DNA of 64,000 nucleotides from assembly GCA_965249275.1 (NCBI GenBank), contig CBDFLQ010000007.1, positions 448,001-512,000 of the forward strand, given 5' to 3'. A program made the translations under genes and the position numbers. Below the pieces are notes generated by a model. That model saw only the letters and a list, made by a program, of their open reading frames with translations, had not been told where the DNA came from and did no database searches. Below are positions 48,480-58,238 of this stretch, piece after piece. Position 1 is the stretch's first letter. Every line of letters starts with the position of its first letter. The DNA is from Dehalococcoidia bacterium. GTDB lineage: Bacteria > Chloroflexota > Dehalococcoidia > Plut-88900.

Positions 48480-48917
48480 ATGACACAAGATTCCACACCG
48501 GTCTGCCAGGCCAGGCACATCAACCATGTCGCCATAGTCGTCAAGGATGCCGCCGAGACCCTCCGCTTCTACCAAGAAACCTTCGGCGTCCCGGACGCCC
48601 CCATCGAGAAAATCGCCGACCAGGGCGTCCTGGCAACCCTCGTCGCCGTCGGCGGGACTAACCTGGAGCTCATCCAGCCCGTCCGCCCCGACACCGGCGT
48701 CGCCCGGTTCCTTGATGCCCGCGGAGAGGCCCTCCACCACGTCTGCCTGGAAGTCGAAGACTTGCAAGGTAAACTCGATTCTCTGAAGGCAAGCGGCACC
48801 CGCCTCATCGATGAATCACCTCGCCATGGCCTCGCCGGCATGATAGCCTTCATTCATCCCAAGTCCACCCGCGGAGTCCTTATAGAACTCGTAGACAAGG
48901 ACACCGTGCAATCGTAA
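48480..48917 (+). CDS. mce: Methylmalonyl-CoA epimerase
   Basis: INHVAIVV, QGV, LELIQP, LHHVCLEV, FIHPKSTRGVLIEL. Confidence 0.92.
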   Translation: MTQDSTPVCQARHINHVAIVVKDAAETLRFYQETFGVPDAPIEKIADQGVLATLVAVGGTNLELIQPVRPDTGVARFLDARGEALHHVCLEVEDLQGKLDSLKASGTRLIDESPRHGLAGMIAFIHPKSTRGVLIELVDKDTVQS

Positions 48918-48941
48918 CTCTTCCGACGGGGGTACCTCGCG

Positions 48942-49364
48942 ATGACACAACTTGGCATTAACACTATCAGGGTCCTGGTAGCCAAGCCGGGCCTCGACGG
49001 ACACGACAGGGGTGCAAAAGTGATCGCCCGGGCCCTTCGAGACGCGGGAATGGAGGTCATCTACACCGGCATCCGCCAGACCCCCGAGATGATCGCCGAG
49101 GCCTCTCTCCAGGAAGACGTGGACGTCGTCGCCATCAGTATCCTCAGTGGCGCACATATGGAACTCTTGCCCCTTATCATCAGCGAAATGAAAGACCGAG
49201 GCATTGATGATCGGCTGGTACTCGCCGGCGGCATCATCCCCGAAGACGACATCGCTCCTCTCAAGGAGTTGGGAGTTGGAGAGGTATTTGGCCCCGGCAC
49301 TTCCACCACCGACATCATCGACTACATCAAGAATCATCAAGCCGAGGCTTCAAATCAGGCCTAG
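48942..49364 (+). CDS. Cobalamin-binding small subunit of acyl-CoA mutase
   Basis: [13 protein letters not shown] (DxHxxG), SILSGAH, GGIIP, FGPGT. Confidence 0.95.
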   Translation: MTQLGINTIRVLVAKPGLDGHDRGAKVIARALRDAGMEVIYTGIRQTPEMIAEASLQEDVDVVAISILSGAHMELLPLIISEMKDRGIDDRLVLAGGIIPEDDIAPLKELGVGEVFGPGTSTTDIIDYIKNHQAEASNQA

Positions 49365-49402
49365 TTATCCCGCCCTTCACCTCTTTCCGGGGCCGGACGC
49401 CC

Positions 49403-50224
49403 ATGCCTGATGCCGCTTCCACCCGAGACCCACTCACCACCCGCATCCTGGAGGCTCTCCTAGAGTTGGGCCGACCCATTGATGAACTGACTTACCGGGA
49501 CCTTATACCCGTGAGCGAGCTCCATAACCGTGGAAAACAGGCCACCGTTGACCTTGCCCGGCTGGCCGAAATCCAGCCTGAACACCACGTCCTCGATGTA
49601 GGCTGCGGCATTGGCGGACCCGCCAGGACCCTCGCCGCCGAGTTCGGGTGCCGGGTCACGGGGATCGATATCTCAGACGAATTCTGCTCTGCCGCCCAGT
49701 CCCTCAACGAGCTGGTCGGCCTCTCCGACAAAATCTCCATCCGCACCGCCGACGCCCTCTCCCTCCCCTTTGAAGACGAGTCCTTCGATATCGTCTGGAC
49801 CCAGCATGCTTCCATGAACATAGCCGACAAGCAGGCCCTCTTCACCGAAATGCACAGGGTCCTCCGGCCCGGCGGCAAGCTCGCCCTTCACGACGTCATG
49901 GCAGGCCCCGTGCAGCCCGTTCACTTCCCCGTCCCCTGGGCCCCCGACCCTTCCGTGAGCTTTCTGGCCGACCCGGAGGACTCCCGGGCTCTTATCCTAG
50001 CCACCGGTTTTGAAGAGCTCACCTGGCAGGACCAGACCCAACTCACCGAGGACTGGTGGCAAAATGTCTGGGAACGCGCTTCCGGGAAACCGCCCTCCCC
50101 CCTGAACCCGAGCCTCGTCGTTGGGTCGCAATTTCCCAAGATGGCGCATAATATGTATCTCAGCATCCGGGAGCGGAGGATCGCCATTGTGCAGGCCGTT
50201 TACCGGAAGAACCCGCCCCAGTAG
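49403..50224 (+). CDS. Class I SAM-dependent methyltransferase
   Basis: VLDVGCGIGG, TGIDIS, LPFEDESFD, RVLRPGG. Confidence 0.92.
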   Translation: MPDAASTRDPLTTRILEALLELGRPIDELTYRDLIPVSELHNRGKQATVDLARLAEIQPEHHVLDVGCGIGGPARTLAAEFGCRVTGIDISDEFCSAAQSLNELVGLSDKISIRTADALSLPFEDESFDIVWTQHASMNIADKQALFTEMHRVLRPGGKLALHDVMAGPVQPVHFPVPWAPDPSVSFLADPEDSRALILATGFEELTWQDQTQLTEDWWQNVWERASGKPPSPLNPSLVVGSQFPKMAHNMYLSIRERRIAIVQAVYRKNPPQ

Positions 50225-50261
50225 AGTCCCTGGCCCCGAGAATCATCGGAGAGGACGACAT

Positions 50262-51116
50262 ATGCAGATTGGAGCCCACGTTTCCACGGCAGGCGGCATA
50301 GACAAGGCCATAGGCAATGCCCAGAAGATCGGCGCGGAGTGCGTCCAGATCTTCGCCTCGGCGCCCCAGAGTTGGCGATACAAACACCCGACCCCCGAGA
50401 CCATCTCATCCTTCAAGGACAAGGCCAAAGACGCCGCTATTGGCTCCATCTTTTTCCACGGCGTATACCTCATAAACCTCGGCACCGAAAAAGAAGAGAA
50501 TATGGGCAAGGCCGTCGACTCACTCGTCGGCCACATGTCCCTCGCCTCCGAAATCGATGCTGCGGGCGTAATCTTTCACCTCGGCAGCCACAAGGGCCGA
50601 GGCTTCGAAAACGTCCTTCCTCAAGTACTGTCCTCCATGTCTCGCGTCCTGGCTGACACCCCCGAAGACACCTGGCTCATCATCGAAAACGCCGCTGGCA
50701 TGGGCAACCACATAGGCGCGGGCTTCGGCGAGATCGGGCAGGTTGTAAAGGGTCTGTCCGATGACCGGGTGAAGGTCTGTCTCGACACCGCTCACACCTA
50801 CGCCGCCGGCTACAATATCGCCGACCCCGCAGGCATCGAGGAAGCGATGAACGAGTTCGACTCAGAGGTCGGTGTGGACAAGCTCGTAGCCGTTCACGCC
50901 AACGACTCGAAGATCCCCCTCGGGGGCGGCGTGGACCGCCACGAGAACATCGGCGAAGGCTACATAGGTCAGGAGGGGTTCGAAGTTATCATGGCCCACC
51001 CCGCCTTCAGGGACGTCCCATTCCTCCTGGAAGTGCCCGGCTTCGAAAAGAAGGGCCCCGACCAGCGCAACATCGAAATTCTTCAGTCTATCCGGGATTC
51101 CAACTCCAGCGCATGA
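50262..51116 (+). CDS. nfo: Endonuclease IV (AP endonuclease 2)
   Basis: IGAHVS, HGVYLINL, FHLGS, IENAAG, CLDTAH, HANDSK, DRHENIG, LEVP. Confidence 0.95.
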   Translation: MQIGAHVSTAGGIDKAIGNAQKIGAECVQIFASAPQSWRYKHPTPETISSFKDKAKDAAIGSIFFHGVYLINLGTEKEENMGKAVDSLVGHMSLASEIDAAGVIFHLGSHKGRGFENVLPQVLSSMSRVLADTPEDTWLIIENAAGMGNHIGAGFGEIGQVVKGLSDDRVKVCLDTAHTYAAGYNIADPAGIEEAMNEFDSEVGVDKLVAVHANDSKIPLGGGVDRHENIGEGYIGQEGFEVIMAHPAFRDVPFLLEVPGFEKKGPDQRNIEILQSIRDSNSSA

Positions 51117-52111
51117 TCCAAAAGACCGCCCTGCTCTTACTTGTTCTCGTCACACTCAGCCTCTTGGCCTTGGCCTGCGGCCCGGGAAGAGACGAGATCA
51201 TGGTATTCACCTCTGAGGACGAAACGCGCCACGTTCACCTGCGCGAAGGCAACGACAACCCCGAAGCACTTACTACCGGATCCTCCCAGAACCACTCCCC
51301 GCGCCTTTCCCCCGACGGTGAACTCATTGCCTTCGTCTCCGACAGGGAAGGCAATTCCGACATATACGTCATGAACAGATCGGGAGACAATATCATCCTG
51401 ATATCGGATGGAGAAGGGACTGCCTCCCATCCCCGCTGGTCCCCCGACGGTCGGCAGATCGCTTTCCTGGTCGAATCTGACGAAGGCATATCCCAGGTCT
51501 ATCTATCCAACGTCGAAGACGCTCAGGCGCACCGGCTTACCGTTGGTGACTTAGCCGAAGGGCCTCCGGCCTGGTCTCCGGACGGCAGGTGGATCGCCTA
51601 CTCCCTCACTGATAGCGACGGACAGGGACAGGGGTTAGTCCTCCGCAATCCGGGCGGCGTCAACCAAATTACGCTCACCGAGGGCCCCGACTTCAATCCC
51701 TCGTGGTCCCCGGAATCCGAAAGCATCGTCTTCCAGTCTTCCCGGAACGGCGACCAGGACATCTATGTCATAGACGTCCTGGAGGATTTCTCAGGCCAGC
51801 CTCGAAGAATTACCACCAATCCCGCCCCCGACCACAGCCCTGTATGGTCCCCGGACGGCGATCACATCGTCTTTATCTCCGAACGTGACGGCAACCCCGA
51901 AATCTACGTGATGACCCCCGACGGCACCGCCCTGGAGCGCCTTACCAACAACCAGTCCGTCGAGTCCGACGTCATATGGTCGCCCAAGGGACAGATCGCC
52001 TTCGTATCCTACCTCCACGAAAACGCCGACATCTTCATAATGGACTCCGACGGCACAGCCCAAGCCCAGGTCACCAGCGCCTCCGGCCCCGACACCCAAC
52101 CCCACTGGTAA
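51113..52111 (+). CDS. TolB-like PD40 beta-propeller lipoprotein
   Basis: ALACG lipobox; repeated P.WSPDG..IAF.S.R.GN..IY. Confidence 0.9.
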   Translation: MIQKTALLLLVLVTLSLLALACGPGRDEIMVFTSEDETRHVHLREGNDNPEALTTGSSQNHSPRLSPDGELIAFVSDREGNSDIYVMNRSGDNIILISDGEGTASHPRWSPDGRQIAFLVESDEGISQVYLSNVEDAQAHRLTVGDLAEGPPAWSPDGRWIAYSLTDSDGQGQGLVLRNPGGVNQITLTEGPDFNPSWSPESESIVFQSSRNGDQDIYVIDVLEDFSGQPRRITTNPAPDHSPVWSPDGDHIVFISERDGNPEIYVMTPDGTALERLTNNQSVESDVIWSPKGQIAFVSYLHENADIFIMDSDGTAQAQVTSASGPDTQPHW

Positions 52112-52166
52112 CCCATTACCCTTCGTACAACGCAATTCCCATCCCCCCAACCCACCTTCTTTTTGG

Positions 52167-52360
52167 TGTCATCCCGAGGCCCCGCGCTGAAAGTCCGCCG
52201 AGGCGGAAGGGATCCAGGACTTGCCCGCCCACATTCCTCTATTCTCAGCAATGCCCCTTCCCCCTACATCCAACTCGCTCGCCACCCCCCAACCACCCCA
52301 CCCCCAATAGCCGTGTCATCCCCTCTTCCTTGTGTCATCCCGAGGCCCCGCGAGGGATCT
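52167..52360. repeat. Two REP-like family B copies (TGTCATCCCGAGGCCCCGCGAGGGATCT), the first carrying a 21-bp insertion
   Basis: 52167-52215 versus 52333-52360; further copies at 61014-61040, 61988-62011 (reverse), 63068-63091 and split around IS copy 1. Confidence 0.85.
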
Positions 52361-52495
52361 AAAGCCTCCCTCACCTCTACCGCATATGCCTGAGCCACCC
52401 TCCTCTCCTCCGTCAGTGTGCCCCCATCCACGCATCCCTCCACCCCCACCCATCCCCCTTCCCCCCACACCTACATTCCTTTAAAATGTCATGGC

Positions 52496-52520
52496 AACCC
52501 CCACCCAGGGGGTAGGGATA
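52496..52520 (+). promoter_or_regulatory. Candidate CsoR operator (C-tract/G-tract)
   Basis: AACCCCCACCCAGGGGGTAGGGATA directly upstream of csoR. Confidence 0.5.
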
Positions 52521-52533
52521 CAAGAGGTCTCAC

Positions 52534-52800
52534 ATGAAACCCGACGCCAAAGAAGCAAGCCTCCGCCGCCTCAGCTACATCGACGGGCATCTCGACGGCA
52601 TACGCCGCATGGTGCAGGAGGACAAGTACTGCGTCGACATCCTCAAGCAGACTTACGCGGTCAGGAAGGCCATCGAAAAGCTGGAGCAACTCATGCTCGG
52701 CAGCCACATGGAGACCTGCGTAATTCCCGGCATTCAGCAGGGCCGCCAGGAGCAGATAGTCGAAGAGCTAAAGGAACTATACAAGCTGGCCGACAACTAA
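52534..52800 (+). CDS. csoR: CsoR-family copper-sensing repressor
   Basis: RRLSYIDGHLDGIRRMV, YCVDILKQ, HMETC (Cys-His-Cys). Confidence 0.92.
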   Translation: MKPDAKEASLRRLSYIDGHLDGIRRMVQEDKYCVDILKQTYAVRKAIEKLEQLMLGSHMETCVIPGIQQGRQEQIVEELKELYKLADN

Positions 52801-52824
52801 CCCGGACCCAATGGAGTCACCCTA

Positions 52825-53028
52825 ATGAGCATTCTTTCCATCTTCAAGAAGAAACCCGAACTGGCCCAGGACCCGGTCTGCCACATGATGGTAGACGTGT
52901 CCAAGGCGAAGGCCACCAGCGAGTACGAAGGCACGACCTACTACTTCTGCGCTCCCGGCTGCAAACTCTTCTTCGAAGAAGACCCCGCCAAGCACATCGG
53001 CTCCGAAAAGCCCGCCATAGAGATGTAG
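52825..53028 (+). CDS. YHS-domain protein (probable copper chaperone)
   Basis: DPVCHMMV...YEGTTYYFCAPGC...F..DP. Confidence 0.9.
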   Translation: MSILSIFKKKPELAQDPVCHMMVDVSKAKATSEYEGTTYYFCAPGCKLFFEEDPAKHIGSEKPAIEM

Positions 53029-53043
53029 GCCTCGGGCCCCACT

Positions 53044-55440
53044 ATGGCTCTCGATCTCACATTGTCCCTTGGAGCACTGGCTCTCGGGGCTGCGCTTTTG
53101 TGGTTTTTCCTCGGCAAGAGGACTCCCGCACCTGTTGCAGGCCTGAGCCCGACTACCGCCCATCTCGAACGTTCCGATGGGTCAAACGAGCCGGATGAGG
53201 ACTACCCGCCCGCTGCCCTTGACCTGACTCGCCTTTCCATCTCAGGTATGACCTGCGCCTCCTGCGTCATGGCCATCGACCGCACCATCCGAGCCGTACC
53301 CGGTGTCGCCGAGGCTACCGTCAACCTCGCCGCCGAACAGGCCGCCATCTCCTTCGACCCCCGACACGTCACCCCCGCCGAGATGATCTCCACAATAAAG
53401 GGCATCGGCTACGGCGCTCGAGTAGCAGGTGGCATAGAAGAGGCCCAGGAATCCGACGAGCGCGCCCGTGTCCGCAGTCTCCGTCTGCTGATGCTTAAAT
53501 TCGCCGTCGGGGCGCCCTTGGCTATCATCCTGTTCATCGGAAGCAGCGGTGACCTGTTCAGATGGGATCCCGGTTTTCTCGCCAACCACTATTTCCAGTT
53601 CGGGATCGCCGTACCCGTCCAGTTCTGGGTAGGGTGGCAGTTCCTGGCCTCAGCCTGGAAAACGGCCCGACACCGCATGGCCGACATGAACACCCTGATC
53701 GCCGCCGGCACACTGTCGGCCTTCCTCTTCAGTGCGGTGGCGACCTTTGCAGAAGACCTCCTCCCGGACTCCGTCTCCGGCAAAGTCTATTTCGACACAG
53801 CTGCCATAATTGTCTCTCTCATCCTCCTGGGTCGGCTCCTGGAAGCCCGAGCCAAAGCCAAGACCTCGGAGGCCATCCGCAAGCTTGTCGGCCTCCAGGC
53901 CCGGACTGCGAGAGTTGTGAGGAACGGCGAAGAGATGGAAGTTCCCATCGCAGAGGTCCGGGTCGCCGACCACCTCCTTGTCCGACCGAGCGAAAAGGTG
54001 CCTGTCGATGGTCTGATCATTTCCGGCTCGACCTCAATCGACGAGTCGATGGTGACAGGCGAGAGCATTCCCGTCGACAAGGGCCCCGGCGATCGCGTGA
54101 CCGGCGCTACGCTCAACACCGTAGGCGCTTTCAAGATGGAGGCCACCCGGGTCGGCGAAGAGACGCTTCTTGGCAAGATTGCCCTCATGGTCCGCGATGC
54201 CCAAGGCTCCCGAGCCTCAATCCAGCGTCTCGTCGATGTGGTAGCCGGTTATTTCGTACCCATCGTCCTGATCGTCGCCCTGGCCACCTTCGCAGTCTGG
54301 ACCCTTGCTCCCGAGAACTCAGAGTTCAACCGAAGCCTGGCTGCCGCCGTCGCAGTCCTAATCATCGCCTGCCCCTGCGCCCTCGGCCTCGCAACCCCAA
54401 CATCCATAATGGTAGGCACAGGAAAAGGCGCCGAGTTCGGAGTCCTCATCCACTCCGCCGAGGCCCTGGAGACCGCCCACAGCATCGACACCATAGTCTT
54501 CGACAAGACCGGCACCCTAACTCTCGGCCAACCCTCCCTCACCGACGTCTATACCATCTCCGATTTCACGTCTGATCAGGTCCTTGCCTTGGCCGCCTCC
54601 GCCGAACGCTCCTCCGAACATCCCGTGGCCCGTGCCATAACCTCCGCCGCCATAGGCCGAGGTCTCACCCTCTCCGAGCCCTCGGACTTCGAAATGAAGC
54701 CGGGCCAAGGTATACGGGCACAGGTGAATGGGCACAGCGTCGCCGTCGGCAACCGGGCCCTGATGCAGGACCTGGGCATCTCCCTCGACACCCTTGACGC
54801 CCAATTCGAGGCCCTCGCCAAGGACGGAAAGACCCCCATGTTCGCATCCATCGATGGTATGCCCGCAGCGGTAATAGCCGTGGCAGACACCTTGAAGGAA
54901 GATGCAGCCCACGCCGTAAGTGAAATCAAGCGCATGGGAATACGCACTGTGATGATCACCGGCGATAACCGCTACGCCGCCCAGGCCATAGCCAACCAGG
55001 TCGGCATAGACTCCGTCCTCGCCGAGGTTATGCCGCAGGACAAGGTAAATCAGATAAAGAAGCTTCAGTCGCAGGGCAGGACCGTCGCCATGGTCGGGGA
55101 CGGAATCAACGACGCCCCTGCCCTCGCCCAGGCCAACGTGGGCATTGCCATAGGCGCCGGCACCGACATCGCCATCGAGGCCGCAGACGTGACCCTCATG
55201 GGCACGAGGCTCGGGGGCGTAGTCACAGCCATCAAGCTGAGCGCCGCCACCATGCGAAACATCAAGCAGAACCTCTTCTTCGCATTCGTCTACAACACTG
55301 CGGGCATTCCCATAGCCGCCGGAGTCCTCTTCCCCTTCATAGGACTACAGCTGAACCCCGGCATCGCCGCCCTGGCCATGGCCGCCAGTTCGCTGTCGGT
55401 CCTAACCAACGCCCTCCGATTACGCGGCTTCCGGGTCTAA
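53044..55440 (+). CDS. copA: Cu(I)-translocating P1B-type ATPase
   Basis: GMTCASC HMA domain, [38 protein letters not shown]. Confidence 0.95.
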   Translation: MALDLTLSLGALALGAALLWFFLGKRTPAPVAGLSPTTAHLERSDGSNEPDEDYPPAALDLTRLSISGMTCASCVMAIDRTIRAVPGVAEATVNLAAEQAAISFDPRHVTPAEMISTIKGIGYGARVAGGIEEAQESDERARVRSLRLLMLKFAVGAPLAIILFIGSSGDLFRWDPGFLANHYFQFGIAVPVQFWVGWQFLASAWKTARHRMADMNTLIAAGTLSAFLFSAVATFAEDLLPDSVSGKVYFDTAAIIVSLILLGRLLEARAKAKTSEAIRKLVGLQARTARVVRNGEEMEVPIAEVRVADHLLVRPSEKVPVDGLIISGSTSIDESMVTGESIPVDKGPGDRVTGATLNTVGAFKMEATRVGEETLLGKIALMVRDAQGSRASIQRLVDVVAGYFVPIVLIVALATFAVWTLAPENSEFNRSLAAAVAVLIIACPCALGLATPTSIMVGTGKGAEFGVLIHSAEALETAHSIDTIVFDKTGTLTLGQPSLTDVYTISDFTSDQVLALAASAERSSEHPVARAITSAAIGRGLTLSEPSDFEMKPGQGIRAQVNGHSVAVGNRALMQDLGISLDTLDAQFEALAKDGKTPMFASIDGMPAAVIAVADTLKEDAAHAVSEIKRMGIRTVMITGDNRYAAQAIANQVGIDSVLAEVMPQDKVNQIKKLQSQGRTVAMVGDGINDAPALAQANVGIAIGAGTDIAIEAADVTLMGTRLGGVVTAIKLSAATMRNIKQNLFFAFVYNTAGIPIAAGVLFPFIGLQLNPGIAALAMAASSLSVLTNALRLRGFRV

Positions 55441-55519
55441 CCTAGGCTACATCCAGTTCCAGTCCTCCTGATTGTCGCCTCTTATATATCCTCCCAGTGG
55501 GAACCAATCCCCTCTCTCT

Positions 55520-55860
55520 ATTTGAGTCGAAGATGCGCCGAGACCTAACCTTTGCATAACCGACATTCCTGCACAGGCACGCTCACGTAATACAGCGCAT
55601 CCATCCCCGGGGGCGGTGCATTCCGCTCGCCCTGAGCCGAGCTGCAAGTCCGCCTGTGGAGGATCGAAGGGTCTCAAGATCGGAATGGGCGGGGTGTCCC
55701 GTTCCTAACCCGGAGTTACCGAAAATTCACTCAACGGGTCGAAGATACGCCGAGGCGTGAATCCGTCCCTTCTCCCTCAGCGAGACTTTTTCATAAATTC
55801 TGTTGGAGGGGCCGGGGCCGCTCGTGCTGAGCCCCGTCGAAGTATGAGCGTGGGCGGAGG
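55520..55860. repeat. Mosaic REP cluster
   Basis: GTCGAAGATRCGCCGAG at about 55526 and 55738; family A at about 55630 and 55825; parallels 60790-60975. Confidence 0.75.
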
Positions 55861-56005
55861 GTAGGTGAACCGGTTGGCACAAAAGATGCAATCTACGGTT
55901 GCGCAACCGTCTCCGTATAGGCAGCACCCGTAGCTGCCCTCCCCCCACACCCTTCCAAAAAATGTTGTAACATCCCCCCACAACCCACCCCATAGCAGGT
56001 GACCC

Positions 56006-57091
56006 ATGCAAGTCCCCGAATGGAACAAGTCCCTCATCGAAAAGTGCCAGATCGCCAACGACACCTACCTGTCGATTTGCAACGCCCTGGAGCTTTCTAC
56101 CCTTCGCTCTCACGGCCAGGACGCCGCAGCGACCCTTATGTTCAAGATGCTCCGCCGACACCAGCTCGACCACTTCCTCCCCGGCCTCCGAAAGCTCGGC
56201 ATCGACAAAGACCCTTCCGACGCCGTGAAGTCCGGCAAATACCACTACTTCTCCAACATCCTCGGCGGCCTGGACGTGCACTACATCAAGGAGACTCCCG
56301 AGAAGGCCTGGGTCCGATACCCGCCGCCCTACGCCATGTCCGACAGCCCTTTCTCCCCGACCGTCGGCATTGCCGCGTTTGGGCCCAAGGTCGGGCACTA
56401 CACCTTCTGGGCATGGCACGCCCACAACGGCGTATCTCTGGGCAACCCCAGGCTCGGGTTCGTTCTCACCCAGGTCGCCCAGCAGGGAGACGCCTGCCAC
56501 GAGGGATATTTCAAGATTTTCGACCGTGACTTGGACCCCGACGAACGTCTCCAGTTCAGCCCAGGTGAGCGAGGCCCTGCCTTCGACCCCAGTACCGCCC
56601 CCAAGCTCACCGTTGAAGACTGGACCGAGGTCCGCGCCGCCCGCGCTCTTCGCAACTACGCCGTCGAGTACGTTACCAGCCACGTGACTGCCCTTCTGGA
56701 AATGTATGGTGTGAGCGGAGCCCGAGCCATCGTCGAACATGCTAGCCGAGTGACCTATGTCCAGCTGTCCCGCAAGCTCATGCGGGACATGAACTTGGAT
56801 GAAGCGGACTCCGGTGCTGAAGCCCTTGCCCTCTTCATCAAGCGGGACAGGGAATCGCTTCATGAAGAAGTGGAGATTGAAACCCTCAGCGACACCCTGA
56901 TAAAGGTCCGGCAGCAGACCCGAAACCCTCGCCTGTTCCCATCCTCCATACCCTGGCCCGCTGAAATCGAAGACGCGATGCTCCAGGGCTGGAGGCTTTT
57001 GGCCCATGAACTTCAGTTCGGCCTCGACGTCAAGATGACATCCATGCTCGCCGCAGGAGACCCGTACAACGAGTGGCTGATTCGCTCCTAG
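56006..57091 (+). CDS. Conserved hypothetical protein, paralog 1 (two V4R/ATC-hydrolase-like halves inferred)
   Basis: 361 aa, typical codon usage, GCAGGT RBS, collinear with paralog 2. Confidence 0.85.
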   Translation: MQVPEWNKSLIEKCQIANDTYLSICNALELSTLRSHGQDAAATLMFKMLRRHQLDHFLPGLRKLGIDKDPSDAVKSGKYHYFSNILGGLDVHYIKETPEKAWVRYPPPYAMSDSPFSPTVGIAAFGPKVGHYTFWAWHAHNGVSLGNPRLGFVLTQVAQQGDACHEGYFKIFDRDLDPDERLQFSPGERGPAFDPSTAPKLTVEDWTEVRAARALRNYAVEYVTSHVTALLEMYGVSGARAIVEHASRVTYVQLSRKLMRDMNLDEADSGAEALALFIKRDRESLHEEVEIETLSDTLIKVRQQTRNPRLFPSSIPWPAEIEDAMLQGWRLLAHELQFGLDVKMTSMLAAGDPYNEWLIRS

Positions 57092-57124
57092 CCCCACCGC
57101 ACCCAAACTGAAGGAAGGTTAGCT

Positions 57125-58210
57125 ATGCAAGTACCAGAATGGAACAAGTCCCTGGTCGGCAAGTGCCAGCTTGCCAACGATGTACACATGACTTTATGTT
57201 CCGCCCTTGAGCTGTCCACAATCCGCGCTCATGGTCAGGACGCCGTCGCTACCCTGAAGTTCAAGATGTTGAGACGCCACCAGCTCGGCCATTTCCTCCC
57301 CGGCCTCCAAAAACTCGGCCTCGACAAGGAACCTTCCGACGCCGTGAAGGCTGGGAAATACCACTACTTCTCCAACATCCTGGGTGGCCTTGACGTCCAT
57401 TACATAGAGGAGAATCCCGAGAAGGTCTGGGTTCGCTACCCGCCTCCTTACGCCATGTCCGATAGCCCCTTCTCCCCAAGTGTCGCGATTGCCGCCTACG
57501 CTCCGGAGACCGGGCGCGCTACTTTCTGGGCGTGGCACGCTCACAACGGCGTATCGCTGGGCAACCCGAGGCTCGGGTTCGTCCTCACCCAGCTCTCCCA
57601 GCAGGGCGATTCCTGCTACGAGGGATACTTCAAGATCTTCGACCGGGACCTCGAACCCGACGAACGGCTCCAGTTCAGCCCCACCGAGCGCGGTCCCGTC
57701 TTCGACCCGGCAAACGGACCAAAGCTTCCGGTGGAAGACTGGACGGAGGAACGCTCTGCCCGCGCCCTTCGGAACTACTCCGTCGAATACGTCACCAGTC
57801 ACATCATCGCCCTTCTGGAAATGTATGGAGTTAGCGGGGCCCGTGCCATCGTCGAACACGCCAGCCGGGTGACTCATGTCCAGCTGGCCCGCAAGATAGT
57901 TCGGGACTACAACTTGGAAGATGTAGACTCCGCCCCTCGGGCCTTTGCCCTATTCATCAAGCGTGACCGAGAGTCCCTTCACGAAGAAGTCGAGATTGAA
58001 ACCGTCAGCGACACCCTGATTAAGATCCGCCAGCACAAGCGAAATCCCCGCCTCTTCCCTCCTTCAAACCCCCGGCCCCCGGAGATTGAAGACGCCATTC
58101 TTCAGGGCTGGCGGCTCTTGGCACACGAATTACAGTTCGGCATGGACGTCAAAATGACTGCTATGCTATCCGCTGGAGACCCGTACGACGAGTGGCAGAT
58201 TCAAGCCTAG
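57125..58210 (+). CDS. Conserved hypothetical protein, paralog 2
   Basis: 361 aa, ungapped alignment to 56006-57091; AAGGAAGG RBS. Confidence 0.85.
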   Translation: MQVPEWNKSLVGKCQLANDVHMTLCSALELSTIRAHGQDAVATLKFKMLRRHQLGHFLPGLQKLGLDKEPSDAVKAGKYHYFSNILGGLDVHYIEENPEKVWVRYPPPYAMSDSPFSPSVAIAAYAPETGRATFWAWHAHNGVSLGNPRLGFVLTQLSQQGDSCYEGYFKIFDRDLEPDERLQFSPTERGPVFDPANGPKLPVEDWTEERSARALRNYSVEYVTSHIIALLEMYGVSGARAIVEHASRVTHVQLARKIVRDYNLEDVDSAPRAFALFIKRDRESLHEEVEIETVSDTLIKIRQHKRNPRLFPPSNPRPPEIEDAILQGWRLLAHELQFGMDVKMTAMLSAGDPYDEWQIQA

Positions 58211-58238
58211 ACCCCGATACCCGTCCAAGGAGGACAGA

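Noticed and set aside
52110-52480. Possible CRISPR array or tRNA among the repeats
   Set aside because: No regular repeat-spacer periodicity, no cas genes, and no cloverleaf recognised here or elsewhere in the window
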